From the NCBI GenBank assembly GCA_049644265.1, contig JBARRO010000139.1, forward strand, positions 5,462 through 69,461: a DNA stretch of 64,000 nt, given 5' to 3'. Below, in pieces: positions 28,330 to 37,011 of the stretch. The position numbers were made by a program, and so were the translations under genes. Position 1 is the stretch's first letter. Every line of letters begins with the position of its first letter. The notes under the pieces were generated by a model that was given only the letters and a program-made list of their open reading frames with translations, was not told where the DNA came from and made no database searches. This stretch comes from Bacteroidota bacterium (GTDB lineage: Bacteria > Bacteroidota > Ignavibacteria > UBA10030).

Positions 28330-29292
28330 CTATTCTTTGGAGTGCTTTTGTGAGACAGCCAGAGCTATCAAGGCTGCTCCGTGAACCGGATTTGCCTCAG
28401 GTTGCCTGAGAAGAACGCGGGGAAGACGTTTCCTGATCAGGCCTTTGACTTTCCTGGAATACAGATTCTCCCGGGTGATCAGGCTGCCGGCAAAGGAAAC
28501 TGCGGTCTTTCCACTCTGCCTTCCAGTCGCGTGCAAGCGAATGAGGGCAATCTGGATGACATCTACAAGGTCTTCTGCCGCTTTGGTCAAAATGCCGCCT
28601 GCAATCCTATCCCCTTTTTCCGCCGCTTCGACCACCCCCGGAACGACGGACGCAATATCAAATCCCTCTTTATACAGAGCGGTGATAATCGATTCCTGCG
28701 TGCCGAATCCTAATCGTTGAGTGAAGATTCTGGCGAGCGTCGTCTTCTTGATGCGCCCATCCAGCATTCTGGCTACTGCCCGAAACGCCTCCGTTCCAAT
28801 CCAGTAACCGCTCCCTTCATCCCCGATTAATCTCCCCCACCCCCCTGCCCTGTGAATCCTTCCCTTCTCATCCTTACCGAATACGATCGACCCTGTTCCC
28901 GCAATGACGATCACACCGGGTGCACCGGAAAACGCACCTTCAAGGGCTATGCGCGCGTCGCTTTCAACGGCGAATCGAGGGATTCCCATGCGTTTCGCAG
29001 TCGCCATGCGTTTGAGAGCCACAGCCATCCGTTGTTGGTCGACGGGACGACCAGCGCCCGTCAATCCGGCCACCACCGCCGCAACCGCAGAGGTCCCGCA
29101 TCCGGCAGTGTCGCAGCATGTCTCAACAAGGTCGAGAATTGTTTTCGCCGCCTGCTCAACACCGATGACCTGAAAGTTCGACGGACCACCCTGTGCTTTT
29201 GCGCGAACGGTTCCCTCGAGACTGCACAACTCCGCCGCAGTCTTCGTCCCCCCACCATCGAGACCGATAACAAACGATTTTTTTTCGTTCAT
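28330..29292 (-). CDS. BadF/BadG/BcrA/BcrD-type sugar kinase (GlcNAc/MurNAc kinase-like)
   Basis: 320 aa. N-terminal IGLDGGGTKT, DEGSGYWIG and an ASKHA fold. Confidence 0.75.
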   Translation of the reverse strand: MNEKKSFVIGLDGGGTKTAAELCSLEGTVRAKAQGGPSNFQVIGVEQAAKTILDLVETCCDTAGCGTSAVAAVVAGLTGAGRPVDQQRMAVALKRMATAKRMGIPRFAVESDARIALEGAFSGAPGVIVIAGTGSIVFGKDEKGRIHRAGGWGRLIGDEGSGYWIGTEAFRAVARMLDGRIKKTTLARIFTQRLGFGTQESIITALYKEGFDIASVVPGVVEAAEKGDRIAGGILTKAAEDLVDVIQIALIRLHATGRQSGKTAVSFAGSLITRENLYSRKVKGLIRKRLPRVLLRQPEANPVHGAALIALAVSQKHSKE

Positions 29293-29334
29293 ACTGTCGA
29301 AAGATTATAGCAGGAATTGGGAGGAAAAGCAACG

Positions 29335-29430
29335 AAAGGGGGCAGGGTAGGTTAGTTGGTTGACTGGTTAATTGGTTATTGGTTGATTGATGGGTTTTTT
29401 GCTGGCTACTCACCAACTAACTCCTCACCA
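29335..29430. repeat. GGTTAATTGG word array that is self-complementary
   Basis: ggttagttggttgactggttaattggttattggttgattg is followed by ctcaccaactaactcctcaccacttacc, its imperfect reverse complement. Lies in the divergent 270-bp gap between the kinase gene and tlpA. Confidence 0.65.
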
Positions 29431-29561
29431 CTTACCATACCCGTGGTATCTCTTTTCATTTTTTCCTATTATCGAATTGCTTCCAGAATCGGGAAACCTT
29501 CAGTCCGTTTTGTTGTTGTACACCCTGAATTCTCTTGTTGAACCTCTTTGAGGAATTGTTG

Positions 29562-30041
29562 ATGAAAAAGGCGTGTGCTGTTTTCATAGGTGCCCTGCTT
29601 CTCATGGGAAGTACAGAAGCGTTTCAGGCGAAGAAGAAAGCGCCATCATTCTCCTTGAAGACGTCACAAGGAACGACAGTCGATTTGAAGAAGCTGAAGG
29701 GAAAACTCGTTCTCGTAAATTTCTGGGCGACGTGGTGCGGCCCTTGCCGGGCCGAGATTCCGGCCTTTGTCGATCTCTACGAACAATACAAGGATAAAGG
29801 TCTGGAGATTGTGGGGATTTCGGTTGACGATAACGGCTGGTCGGAGGTTAAACCGTTTGTCGAAAAGTACAAAATCAATTACCCGGTTGTGATCGATAAC
29901 GGATCGGCCGTGCGCGCGTACGGTAACTTCAGCGCCATTCCAGTGACCTTCGTCATCGACAAAGAAGGTAATCTCGTCGACCGTCACATCGGCCTCATGA
30001 AAAGAGAAATGCTGGAGAGTCTCATAAAATCCAATTTGTGA
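29562..30041 (+). CDS. tlpA: TlpA/ResA-like periplasmic thiol-disulfide oxidoreductase
   Basis: RBS gagga upstream. Signal peptide MKKACAVFIGALLLMGSTEA and WCGPC thioredoxin motif. Confidence 0.85.
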   Translation: MKKACAVFIGALLLMGSTEAFQAKKKAPSFSLKTSQGTTVDLKKLKGKLVLVNFWATWCGPCRAEIPAFVDLYEQYKDKGLEIVGISVDDNGWSEVKPFVEKYKINYPVVIDNGSAVRAYGNFSAIPVTFVIDKEGNLVDRHIGLMKREMLESLIKSNL

Positions 30042-30097
30042 GACTCACCCCAAAAACGCCCACGCATAGTTGTCTCTCCTCTTGACTGACCCACACT

Positions 30098-31879
30098 ATG
30101 TCTAGACTTCTCGCAACCTGTCTGGCCTTCGCACTCGTCCTGCCGGCCCGCGTGTGCTATGCACAGAGCTTAGCCAGTGCGAAACAATTGGGCGTTGTCA
30201 CCTTCCTTTCCACCGACAAGATCCGGGCGGGAGAAACAACGCGGATCGCCGTTCAGCTGACGATCAACGAAGGCTGGCACGTCAACTCGCATCGTCCCAC
30301 ATTCGATTACCTGATCCGGACCGACCTGACTTTTAATCAGAACGCAGGGTATCTTGTCGCAGATATCCAGTATCCAGCGGGAAAGACCGAGAAGCTCGCG
30401 TTTGCTGACGAACCTCTCGATGTCTACCAGGGAACTGTCACCGTTGTCGCATCACTCCGGTTTTCCGACCTGATCGCTGTTGGCCCCGACACCATCCGGG
30501 GAGCCGTCCAGGTCCAGGCCTGCAACGACCAGGTGTGCCTCGCACCGTCCGCAATCCCGATTGTAATCCCCGTTGAAGTTGTTTCCGCCAGCGAATCCGT
30601 CCATGCGAACCATCCCGAGATTTTCAGTGCTGCCGGAACTGGTGAAGCGAAGCAATCATCCGGCGGGGGGAATGAACTCGCGGCCATGTTTGAAGAGCGG
30701 GGATCGTTCGTAACGTTTCTTGCAATTTTCCTGATCGGACTCGCCCTCAACCTCACGCCGTGCGTGTATCCCATGCTGTCTGTGACCGTTTCCCTGTTCG
30801 GTACACAAACGGAAGCGCGCATGCTGCGCGTGTTTCTCAAAGCGGTCGTCTACGTGCTCGGCATTGCAACGATGTACAGCGTGCTCGGAGTAACAGCAGC
30901 ACTTGGCGGTGGACTATTCGGCAGCTGGCTTCAGAGTCCATGGGTGCTCGGCGGAATCGCCGTTCTGCTTTTTGGCCTTGCTCTCAGCTCCTTCGGTCTC
31001 TATCAGATTCAGATGCCTTATTGGCTCACGAGCCGCCTCGGCGGAACGACAGGGACCGGGGTTATCGGTTTGTATCTCTCGGGACTCGTCGTCGGCGTCT
31101 TTGCAGCTCCGTGTGTCGGTCCGCCCGTCATTGCCCTGCTCACGCTTGTCGGCACAAAGGGAGATCCGTTCTTCGGCTTCTGGTCGTTCTTTACCCTCTC
31201 CCTCGGGCTCGGCTTTCCCTATCTGATCCTCGGGACATTTTCGGGGCTTCTCAAGAAAATTCCCCGTTCGGGCGCATGGCTTGTGTGGGTTGAGAGGATC
31301 TTTGGCGTTATTCTTACGGGAGCCGCGTTATTCTATCTCGCTCTCGCTGTTGCACCTTCGTACGCATCGTATGTCATTCCGCTCATCCTTATTGTCGGCG
31401 GCATCTATCTTGGATTCGTTGACCGGTCCGGCAAGGACAAGAAAGTGCTTCAGCGTATCCAGTGGCTCTTCGGCGTTGCCTGCGTGGTCGTCGGAGTTAT
31501 TTTTGCAAACGGACTCCGCAAACCGGGAATATCCTGGGAGTCATACTCCGATGAAAAACTTATGGCCGCGAAGGCACAGCAAACGCCGGTGGTGATGGAT
31601 TTCTATGCCGACTGGTGCATTCCTTGTCTGGAGCTTGACCGGAGCACGTTCACGGATCCTTCCGTCGTCAGTGCCACGAAGAATTTTCGCCGGCTCAAGG
31701 TCGACCTGACCCACTTTGATTCTGCGGACGCCGAGGCATTGCGAAAGAAGTTCGGTATTTCCGGAGTCCCGACGGTGATATTTCTGAATGTCGGCGGCGA
31801 GGAAGTGACCTCATCGCGCATCATTGGATACGTTACTCCGGAGGTGTTTGTGGAGAAGGTGGGGGGAGCAGGTAAGTAG
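30098..31879 (+). CDS. dsbD: Thiol:disulfide interchange protein DsbD
   Basis: 593 aa. N-terminal periplasmic domain, central TM domain with CVYPML, and C-terminal thioredoxin WCIPC. Confidence 0.85.
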   Translation: MSRLLATCLAFALVLPARVCYAQSLASAKQLGVVTFLSTDKIRAGETTRIAVQLTINEGWHVNSHRPTFDYLIRTDLTFNQNAGYLVADIQYPAGKTEKLAFADEPLDVYQGTVTVVASLRFSDLIAVGPDTIRGAVQVQACNDQVCLAPSAIPIVIPVEVVSASESVHANHPEIFSAAGTGEAKQSSGGGNELAAMFEERGSFVTFLAIFLIGLALNLTPCVYPMLSVTVSLFGTQTEARMLRVFLKAVVYVLGIATMYSVLGVTAALGGGLFGSWLQSPWVLGGIAVLLFGLALSSFGLYQIQMPYWLTSRLGGTTGTGVIGLYLSGLVVGVFAAPCVGPPVIALLTLVGTKGDPFFGFWSFFTLSLGLGFPYLILGTFSGLLKKIPRSGAWLVWVERIFGVILTGAALFYLALAVAPSYASYVIPLILIVGGIYLGFVDRSGKDKKVLQRIQWLFGVACVVVGVIFANGLRKPGISWESYSDEKLMAAKAQQTPVVMDFYADWCIPCLELDRSTFTDPSVVSATKNFRRLKVDLTHFDSADAEALRKKFGISGVPTVIFLNVGGEEVTSSRIIGYVTPEVFVEKVGGAGK

Positions 31880-31965
31880 CGGGGTGGGAGAGTCTGTGAG
31901 TCTATGAGTAGATGAGAAGAAGTGGTTTCTGGTTTGAGGTTTCTTGTTTCAGATTGCCGACTTTG
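31880..31965. repeat. GAGTCTATGAGTAGATGAG word array followed by a GGTTTCT array
   Basis: gggtgggagagtctgtgagtctatgagtagatgagaagaagtggtttctggtttgaggtttcttgtttcag. Confidence 0.6.
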
Positions 31966-32035
31966 GTCTCTTCAATTCTCCTCAATCGCCAGGTGCTCGC
32001 AGAAAACTGACCACTGATAGCTGACAGCTCAATCC

Positions 32036-33616
32036 ATGTTTAAGAATCTGAAACTCTCCACAAGAGTCTTTCTCATCCTGACACCATTTCTCATCGTGGC
32101 GTTTGGTTCTTCGGTGTATGTGAATTATCGTTTCCAGGAGCAGCAGACGCTGGAGCAGGCAGGGAACGCCGCCAATGCCGAAGCGGTCATCATCAAGCGT
32201 TCGCTCGTTCACATGATGGTGAAGAACCTGATCGTCGACGACAAGTATCTCGCCCAGATCAACGAACCGGGCGGAGATATCGAAAACCTTCAGGTTCTGT
32301 TTCATGCGGACAGTCTGCATCTGTTGGAGGATTACGCCACCCCGCAACGCATGGCCCGGCTCCGCGAGCGACAGGCATCGCTCTTCAACTTGCGCCCGGC
32401 TCAGTATGAGCAGGCATTTTCAACGGGGCGGCCGGTCTGGATCATGGCGTGCGACATCACGAAGCATCCCATCGAACTCCCCAAGCACGACGACTATCCC
32501 ATTGAATCGTTCTCGTCGGGAATTCCGCTGAAGTTCTGGACATGCGGGAAGCTGAAGGTCATCCTCCCGTTCCGTGCGGAGGGACGATGCCAGACCTGCC
32601 ACGATGTTCCGGAGGGATACGTCCTGGGCGCAGCATCGATGGACGTCCCCTTTGTCTCAACGTTCAGTGCCATCCGCGCCAACGCTGTACGGTCAGCAGG
32701 AATTTTTCTGGTCGTCACCCTGGTGACCATCGGAGTGGGTGCGTTCTTCTTCAGGAGGCTGGTGGGAAAGCCGATTGGACGTCTGGTCAAAGCGACCGAG
32801 ATGATCGGCGGCGGCGACCTGAACGTCCGGGTCAGCGAAGGGTTTGACAATGACGAACTCGGAAAGCTCGCCGTGTCGTTCCAGCATATGCAGGAGCGGT
32901 TACGTCAGGCCCAGGCGGAGCTCGTCAAGAAAGAGCGCCTGTCCACCCTCGGCCAGATGGCAAGCGGCATCATCCACGATTTTCGCAACCCGATTTCCAG
33001 CGCCCTCGCTGCCATCCAGTTCCTCGAACGCCACAAGGATGTGAGCGACGATCGCCGGCATGAAATGCTCGAGCTCGTCCGCAGCTCCGTCGATCGCATG
33101 CTCCGGATGACGCAGGAACTTCTCGACTTTTCGCGGGGGGAAGTGCGGCTCGAGCTTCGTGAGGAACTCGTCGGGGACCTTCTCGCCGAAATCACAAAAG
33201 ACGTGAAGTCGAATCTTGAGAAACGGGGTATTACTTTTGCGGTCCGGCAGGAGTTTGAAGGAAAGATGTTCTTTGACAGGGATCGCCTGCTCAGGGCGCT
33301 TATTAATATCATCAATAACGCGGAAGACGCCATGCCGAAAGGGGGCTCGATTGACCTGGAGGTCGTTTCCGAAAATGGGACGCTCGTGTTCAGGATTCGA
33401 GACACAGCGGGAGGAATCCCCGAGAGAATCCGCGACAAGGTGTTTGAGCCGTTCTTTACCTCCGGAAAGGCGAAAGGTACGGGATTGGGGTTGGCAATTA
33501 CGAAAAGGATTGTTGAACAACACGGCGGCACGATCCACTTCGAGTGTGAGGACGGCAAAGGGACCACATTCTTTATTAAGATCCCGATTCGGCAGGAGCT
33601 TGCAAAAACGGCATAA
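32036..33616 (+). CDS. Sensor histidine kinase with a periplasmic domain carrying a c-type haem motif (CxxCH), HAMP, HisKA and HATPase_c
   Basis: 526 aa. TM1, then an approximately 190-aa periplasmic domain containing CQTCH at nt 32587-32604, TM2, HAMP, H-box GIIHDFRNP, and the G1/G2 boxes. No response regulator gene in the window. Confidence 0.8.
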   Translation: MFKNLKLSTRVFLILTPFLIVAFGSSVYVNYRFQEQQTLEQAGNAANAEAVIIKRSLVHMMVKNLIVDDKYLAQINEPGGDIENLQVLFHADSLHLLEDYATPQRMARLRERQASLFNLRPAQYEQAFSTGRPVWIMACDITKHPIELPKHDDYPIESFSSGIPLKFWTCGKLKVILPFRAEGRCQTCHDVPEGYVLGAASMDVPFVSTFSAIRANAVRSAGIFLVVTLVTIGVGAFFFRRLVGKPIGRLVKATEMIGGGDLNVRVSEGFDNDELGKLAVSFQHMQERLRQAQAELVKKERLSTLGQMASGIIHDFRNPISSALAAIQFLERHKDVSDDRRHEMLELVRSSVDRMLRMTQELLDFSRGEVRLELREELVGDLLAEITKDVKSNLEKRGITFAVRQEFEGKMFFDRDRLLRALINIINNAEDAMPKGGSIDLEVVSENGTLVFRIRDTAGGIPERIRDKVFEPFFTSGKAKGTGLGLAITKRIVEQHGGTIHFECEDGKGTTFFIKIPIRQELAKTA

Positions 33617-33639
33617 GATCGGACTGACCACGAAGTTCA

Positions 33640-33712
33640 CAAAGGGCACGAAGGGGAATACGTCATAATCCCTTGGAAATTGGATGTTCGACATTGATTA
33701 TTGAGTGTTGAT
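33640..33712. repeat. One CACGAAG word element plus one TTGGAAATTGGA...GACATTGA element
   Basis: ccacgaagttcacaaagggcacgaaggggaatac and cttggaaattggatgttcgacattgattattgagtgttg. These are members of the families seen at 26172 and 23459. Confidence 0.5.
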
Positions 33713-33857
33713 CTCTTTAACGGAGAAAAGGGAACGGAACCATGTAGGAACGATGGAACGAGAAACGGCGTGTAGGGGTTTAATGATGATGTCCAACAAA
33801 AGAAATTACTTGTGGCAATTCACTAATCACAATATCTATACATCAGGAGGATACCGT

Positions 33858-34322
33858 ATGAAGAAACTCATTCTTGTGTTTCTCGCGTGCGTCGTGGCAT
33901 CGTCGATGCTCTTCGCACAAGAGAAAATGGAGAAGAAAGAGATGAAGAAGGAAATGTCCGGTTCGCATGTCATGACCGGATGGCTCGTCGACCAGATGTG
34001 CGGAAAGAAAATGGGGAACGGCGACGCCGAGAAATCCAATGCCAAAGCAGCAAAACACACCAAGGATTGTGCAGTGGAAGAATCCTGTGCGGAATCCGGC
34101 TATGGCCTGGTCAACAACGGCAAGTGGTTTAAGTTCGATGAGAAGGGCGACAAATTGGCCGCCGAGTGGCTGAGCAAGACCGACCTGAAGAAGAACCTGA
34201 TGGTGAACGTGAAGGGAGCGATGGACGGAGACAATATCAAGGTTGAATCCATCACCACCGCGAGCGAAAAGAAAATGGATATGAAGGACGGAAAGATGAT
34301 GGAGAAGAAGGCGAAGAGCTGA
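33858..34322 (+). CDS. Small secreted Lys/Met-rich protein with four Cys
   Basis: RBS aggagga. Signal peptide MKKLILVFLACVVASSMLFA. No family recognised. Confidence 0.6.
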   Translation: MKKLILVFLACVVASSMLFAQEKMEKKEMKKEMSGSHVMTGWLVDQMCGKKMGNGDAEKSNAKAAKHTKDCAVEESCAESGYGLVNNGKWFKFDEKGDKLAAEWLSKTDLKKNLMVNVKGAMDGDNIKVESITTASEKKMDMKDGKMMEKKAKS

Positions 34323-34361
34323 AGGGAGTTATCAGCAGTCAGCGTTCAGTTGTCAGGAGAG

Positions 34362-34396
34362 CCGCCGGTGTGAGAACATCGGCGGCTTTCTTTTTC
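34362..34396 (+). terminator. Rho-independent terminator
   Basis: Stem gccgccggtg-tgagaaca-tcggcggc followed by TTTCTTTTT. Confidence 0.75.
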
Positions 34397-34549
34397 CACG
34401 AAGTACTATGAGCTACCACGAAGGACACTAAGAACACGAAGAGAATATTGAGTATGAATCATGAATCCCGGCGGCTTTCTTTTTCCACGAAGCACTATGA
34501 ACTACCGCGAAGGACACGAAGAGAATATTGAGTGTGTGCCTTGAATCCC
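34381..34549. repeat. Approximately 85-bp tandem direct duplication
   Basis: Copy 1 is 34381-34468 and copy 2 is 34470-34549. They share cggcggctttctttttccacgaag.actatga.ctacc.cgaaggacac...gaagagaatattgagt and include the 3' arm of the terminator and CACGAAGG words. Confidence 0.8.
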
Positions 34550-34620
34550 TGAAATCACTCAACGACTCACGGACTCATAGACTGTAGACTCATCTACTCC
34601 ACTACTCACTTCGTTCCCGC
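34540..34620. repeat. CTCATCTACTC-type word array (reverse orientation of the GAGTAGATGAG family)
   Basis: cactcaacgactcacggactcatagactgtagactcatctactccactactcacttc. Confidence 0.6.
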
Positions 34621-34646
34621 CTCAATTATTCATATATTAGTCCACC

Positions 34647-34868
34647 ATGTCAGACAAGATACTCCTCATTGCATTTGGAACACTGTCCACGATCGGGCTG
34701 ATCATTGGGGCGTTGGGCATCTACTTCGCTATGAAGAGCGCCAAGAAAAAGGACGGCGAAATCAGCATGGCGCTCTGGTCGATGGCAGCCCTCGCAGGAT
34801 TCACCGTCGCAGGCATGTGCTGGGCGTACTTTCTTATTCCCATCCTTATGAACCACCTCTTCAACTGA
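34647..34868 (+). CDS. Small two-TM membrane protein
   Basis: 73 aa with two hydrophobic helices. Hypothetical. Confidence 0.5.
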   Translation: MSDKILLIAFGTLSTIGLIIGALGIYFAMKSAKKKDGEISMALWSMAALAGFTVAGMCWAYFLIPILMNHLFN

Positions 34869-34877
34869 GTATCCGCT

Positions 34878-35507
34878 GTGGCACCGAAACTCTGCCCCAA
34901 GATCATCCTCGAAGGCACTCGACTCACGCTGAAAACGGAAATTGCTTTTGCCATGAACGAGCACCCGCGGATTGTCGGACCGAAAAAGTATCGTTACCAC
35001 TCCCCTCTCATCTCAGCGGAATGGTGCGCGTTCACGAATTTCCCCTGGGGACGCGGACTCATCAATTTTGCGCCCGAGGAAGAAGCGCTTGCCCTTGAAA
35101 CCTATGGAACGTGGGTGCGCCTCTTTGAACTCCAACGATTCTATTCGTGGATTATCGATCGCTTTCACATTTCCACGCAGGCGTACCAGCTTCAAAGCCG
35201 CGGGAAACACTATGACTTCCGGTGGCTGGAAGACCGGATGCTTCCCCTTGGTTTTCGGCTTGTGTTCTGTACGCGGAGTCCCGAGTCGTTCGAGGCCGCC
35301 CGGGCGGAGCGATTGAAAGTCTCCGGAAATCCCTCTCAGTACGACGATTTGAACGTGTTCAAATATGAACAAGAGCTGATGAGAAGGCTCGTCGCCGAAT
35401 CGAAGCTGCCAACGATGGGGCTCGATATCTCCGACGGAAACATCGCCGAGGCAACGCGCAAAATCGCTGATTGGCTCGAAGAGACCGGCGGGCTCTATGC
35501 CGGATAA
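34878..35507 (+). CDS. Hypothetical protein (possible P-loop-less nucleoside/nucleotide-kinase-like fold)
   Basis: 209 aa. Start codon uncertain (GTG at 34878 or ATG about 66 nt downstream). No confident family. Confidence 0.45.
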   Translation: MAPKLCPKIILEGTRLTLKTEIAFAMNEHPRIVGPKKYRYHSPLISAEWCAFTNFPWGRGLINFAPEEEALALETYGTWVRLFELQRFYSWIIDRFHISTQAYQLQSRGKHYDFRWLEDRMLPLGFRLVFCTRSPESFEAARAERLKVSGNPSQYDDLNVFKYEQELMRRLVAESKLPTMGLDISDGNIAEATRKIADWLEETGGLYAG

Positions 35508-36747
35508 GCCCATCGCGGGTCGGGACCCGTACCAATCCCTCCGCTACCCTGAATTCCGCAATTACCTGCTCGCTTCCTTCCTCCTGACCGTCGCACTTCT
35601 AGTTCAGGAAGTGATCATCGGGTATGAGTTGTACAAAGTCACGCATGATCCCCTCGCGCTCGGACTGACGGGACTCGCGGAAGCTCTGCCATTCATCGGA
35701 CTTTCGCTTTTTGGCGGACACATCGCAGACCGGGTAAGCAAGCGAAAGATTATTCTCTGGAGTGTCGCCAGCGTGTTTGTGTGCTCAGTGATGCTGCATT
35801 TGTTTGCCAGAAATGCGCAACGTGTTTCTCCAACGGCTCTCGTGGCAGTCATGTATGCGGTCATCGCCTTCATCGGAGTCTGCCGTGCATTTCAATCCCC
35901 TGCCTCGGCCTCTCTCAGGGCATTCCTGACTCCGATTGCGGCCTACGAAAACGCGTCCACCTGGAACAGTTCCTCCTGGCAGGTCGGCTCCATCGTGGGG
36001 CCTGCCATTTCAGGATTCGTTTATGCACTGCTGGGATTCTCCAACACGCTCCTTCTTGTGGTCATCCTCGTCGCCGGATCGTTTCTTCTCTACTCCAGAA
36101 TCGAAGATAAACCGGTGCCCGTACCCAACAAGACGGACAATCTCATGGCGAGTCTCCGGGAGGGAATCGCATTTGTATTCCGGACGAAAATCATTTTCTA
36201 TGCAATCTCGCTGGACTTGTTTTCCGTTCTGTTTGGCGGAGTTGTCGCAATTCTTCCGATCTTTGCGGAGGATATTCTGCGTGTCGGCCCCGAGGGACTC
36301 GGTATCCTCCGCTCCGCCCCGTCGGTCGGTGCCGTGCTGACGCTCGTGATCGTCTCGCGCATATCAGTCATGGAACGTGCCTGGCAGAATCTCCTCATCG
36401 CGGTGACGGGATTTGGCATTTCGATTCTGATCTTTGCCCTGTCACCGTGGATGTGGTTATCGACGGCGGCTCTCTTTTTCAGCGGCGCATTTGACAGCGT
36501 CAGCGTTGTCATTCGGGGGACGCTGCTTCAGCTGCTCACACCCGATGAAATGCGGGGCCGGGTGATGGGCGTGAACGGAATGTTTGTCAGCTCGTCCAAT
36601 GAGATCGGCGCATTTGAATCGGGCCTCGCCGCGCGGCTCCTTGGGACAATTCCCTCTGTGGTCTTCGGCGGCGCGATGACCCTCATGATTGTCGCATGGG
36701 TGTATGCGCGATCCAAGGAGCTGCTGAAGGGAAATTTGAGGGTGTAG
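35497..36747 (+). CDS. MFS transporter, MFS_3 (EntS-like) type
   Basis: 416 aa, 12 TM. Overlaps the upstream gene by 11 nt. Confidence 0.75.
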   Translation: MPDKPIAGRDPYQSLRYPEFRNYLLASFLLTVALLVQEVIIGYELYKVTHDPLALGLTGLAEALPFIGLSLFGGHIADRVSKRKIILWSVASVFVCSVMLHLFARNAQRVSPTALVAVMYAVIAFIGVCRAFQSPASASLRAFLTPIAAYENASTWNSSSWQVGSIVGPAISGFVYALLGFSNTLLLVVILVAGSFLLYSRIEDKPVPVPNKTDNLMASLREGIAFVFRTKIIFYAISLDLFSVLFGGVVAILPIFAEDILRVGPEGLGILRSAPSVGAVLTLVIVSRISVMERAWQNLLIAVTGFGISILIFALSPWMWLSTAALFFSGAFDSVSVVIRGTLLQLLTPDEMRGRVMGVNGMFVSSSNEIGAFESGLAARLLGTIPSVVFGGAMTLMIVAWVYARSKELLKGNLRV

Positions 36748-36751
36748 GGGG

Positions 36752-36900
36752 AGGAAGGTAGATGTGAGATGTGTGATTTGAGTTTCGAGTTTGAAGTTTG
36801 GAGTTTGAAGTTCAAGGTTTAAAGGTGTTGCCAGTTTACCAGTCTCCAGTAACCAGTTCACGGTTCACTATTCACGATTCACTATTCACCACTCATTGCT
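36752..36900. repeat. Composite intergenic element (GAGATGT)n-(GAGTTTN)n-AAGTTCAAGGTTTAAAGGTG-core-(TTCACTA)n
   Basis: Shares an approximately 60-nt core with 56241-56300, and shares architecture with 41312-41511 and inverted 49015-49140. Confidence 0.75.
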
Positions 36901-37011
36901 CTAACTGCTATCTTCAACCTCGAATCCGAAATCCTGCGTGAACACTCGAAACGGCAGGCGCTGAGAATTGCCGGCTGGATTGGTGCGGACAAAGGTCGTT
37001 TCCGAAAACTC

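Noticed and set aside
29293-29561. Strand-switch region (all-minus block to all-plus block) as a possible replication origin
   Set aside because: No DnaA-box clusters (TTATCCACA-like) or dnaA/dnaN nearby. Gene orientation switches back to mixed after 42 kb. More simply explained as a divergent promoter region.
32900-33694. 264-aa and 220-aa minus-strand ORFs
   Set aside because: Antisense to the sensor kinase HisKA/HATPase region.
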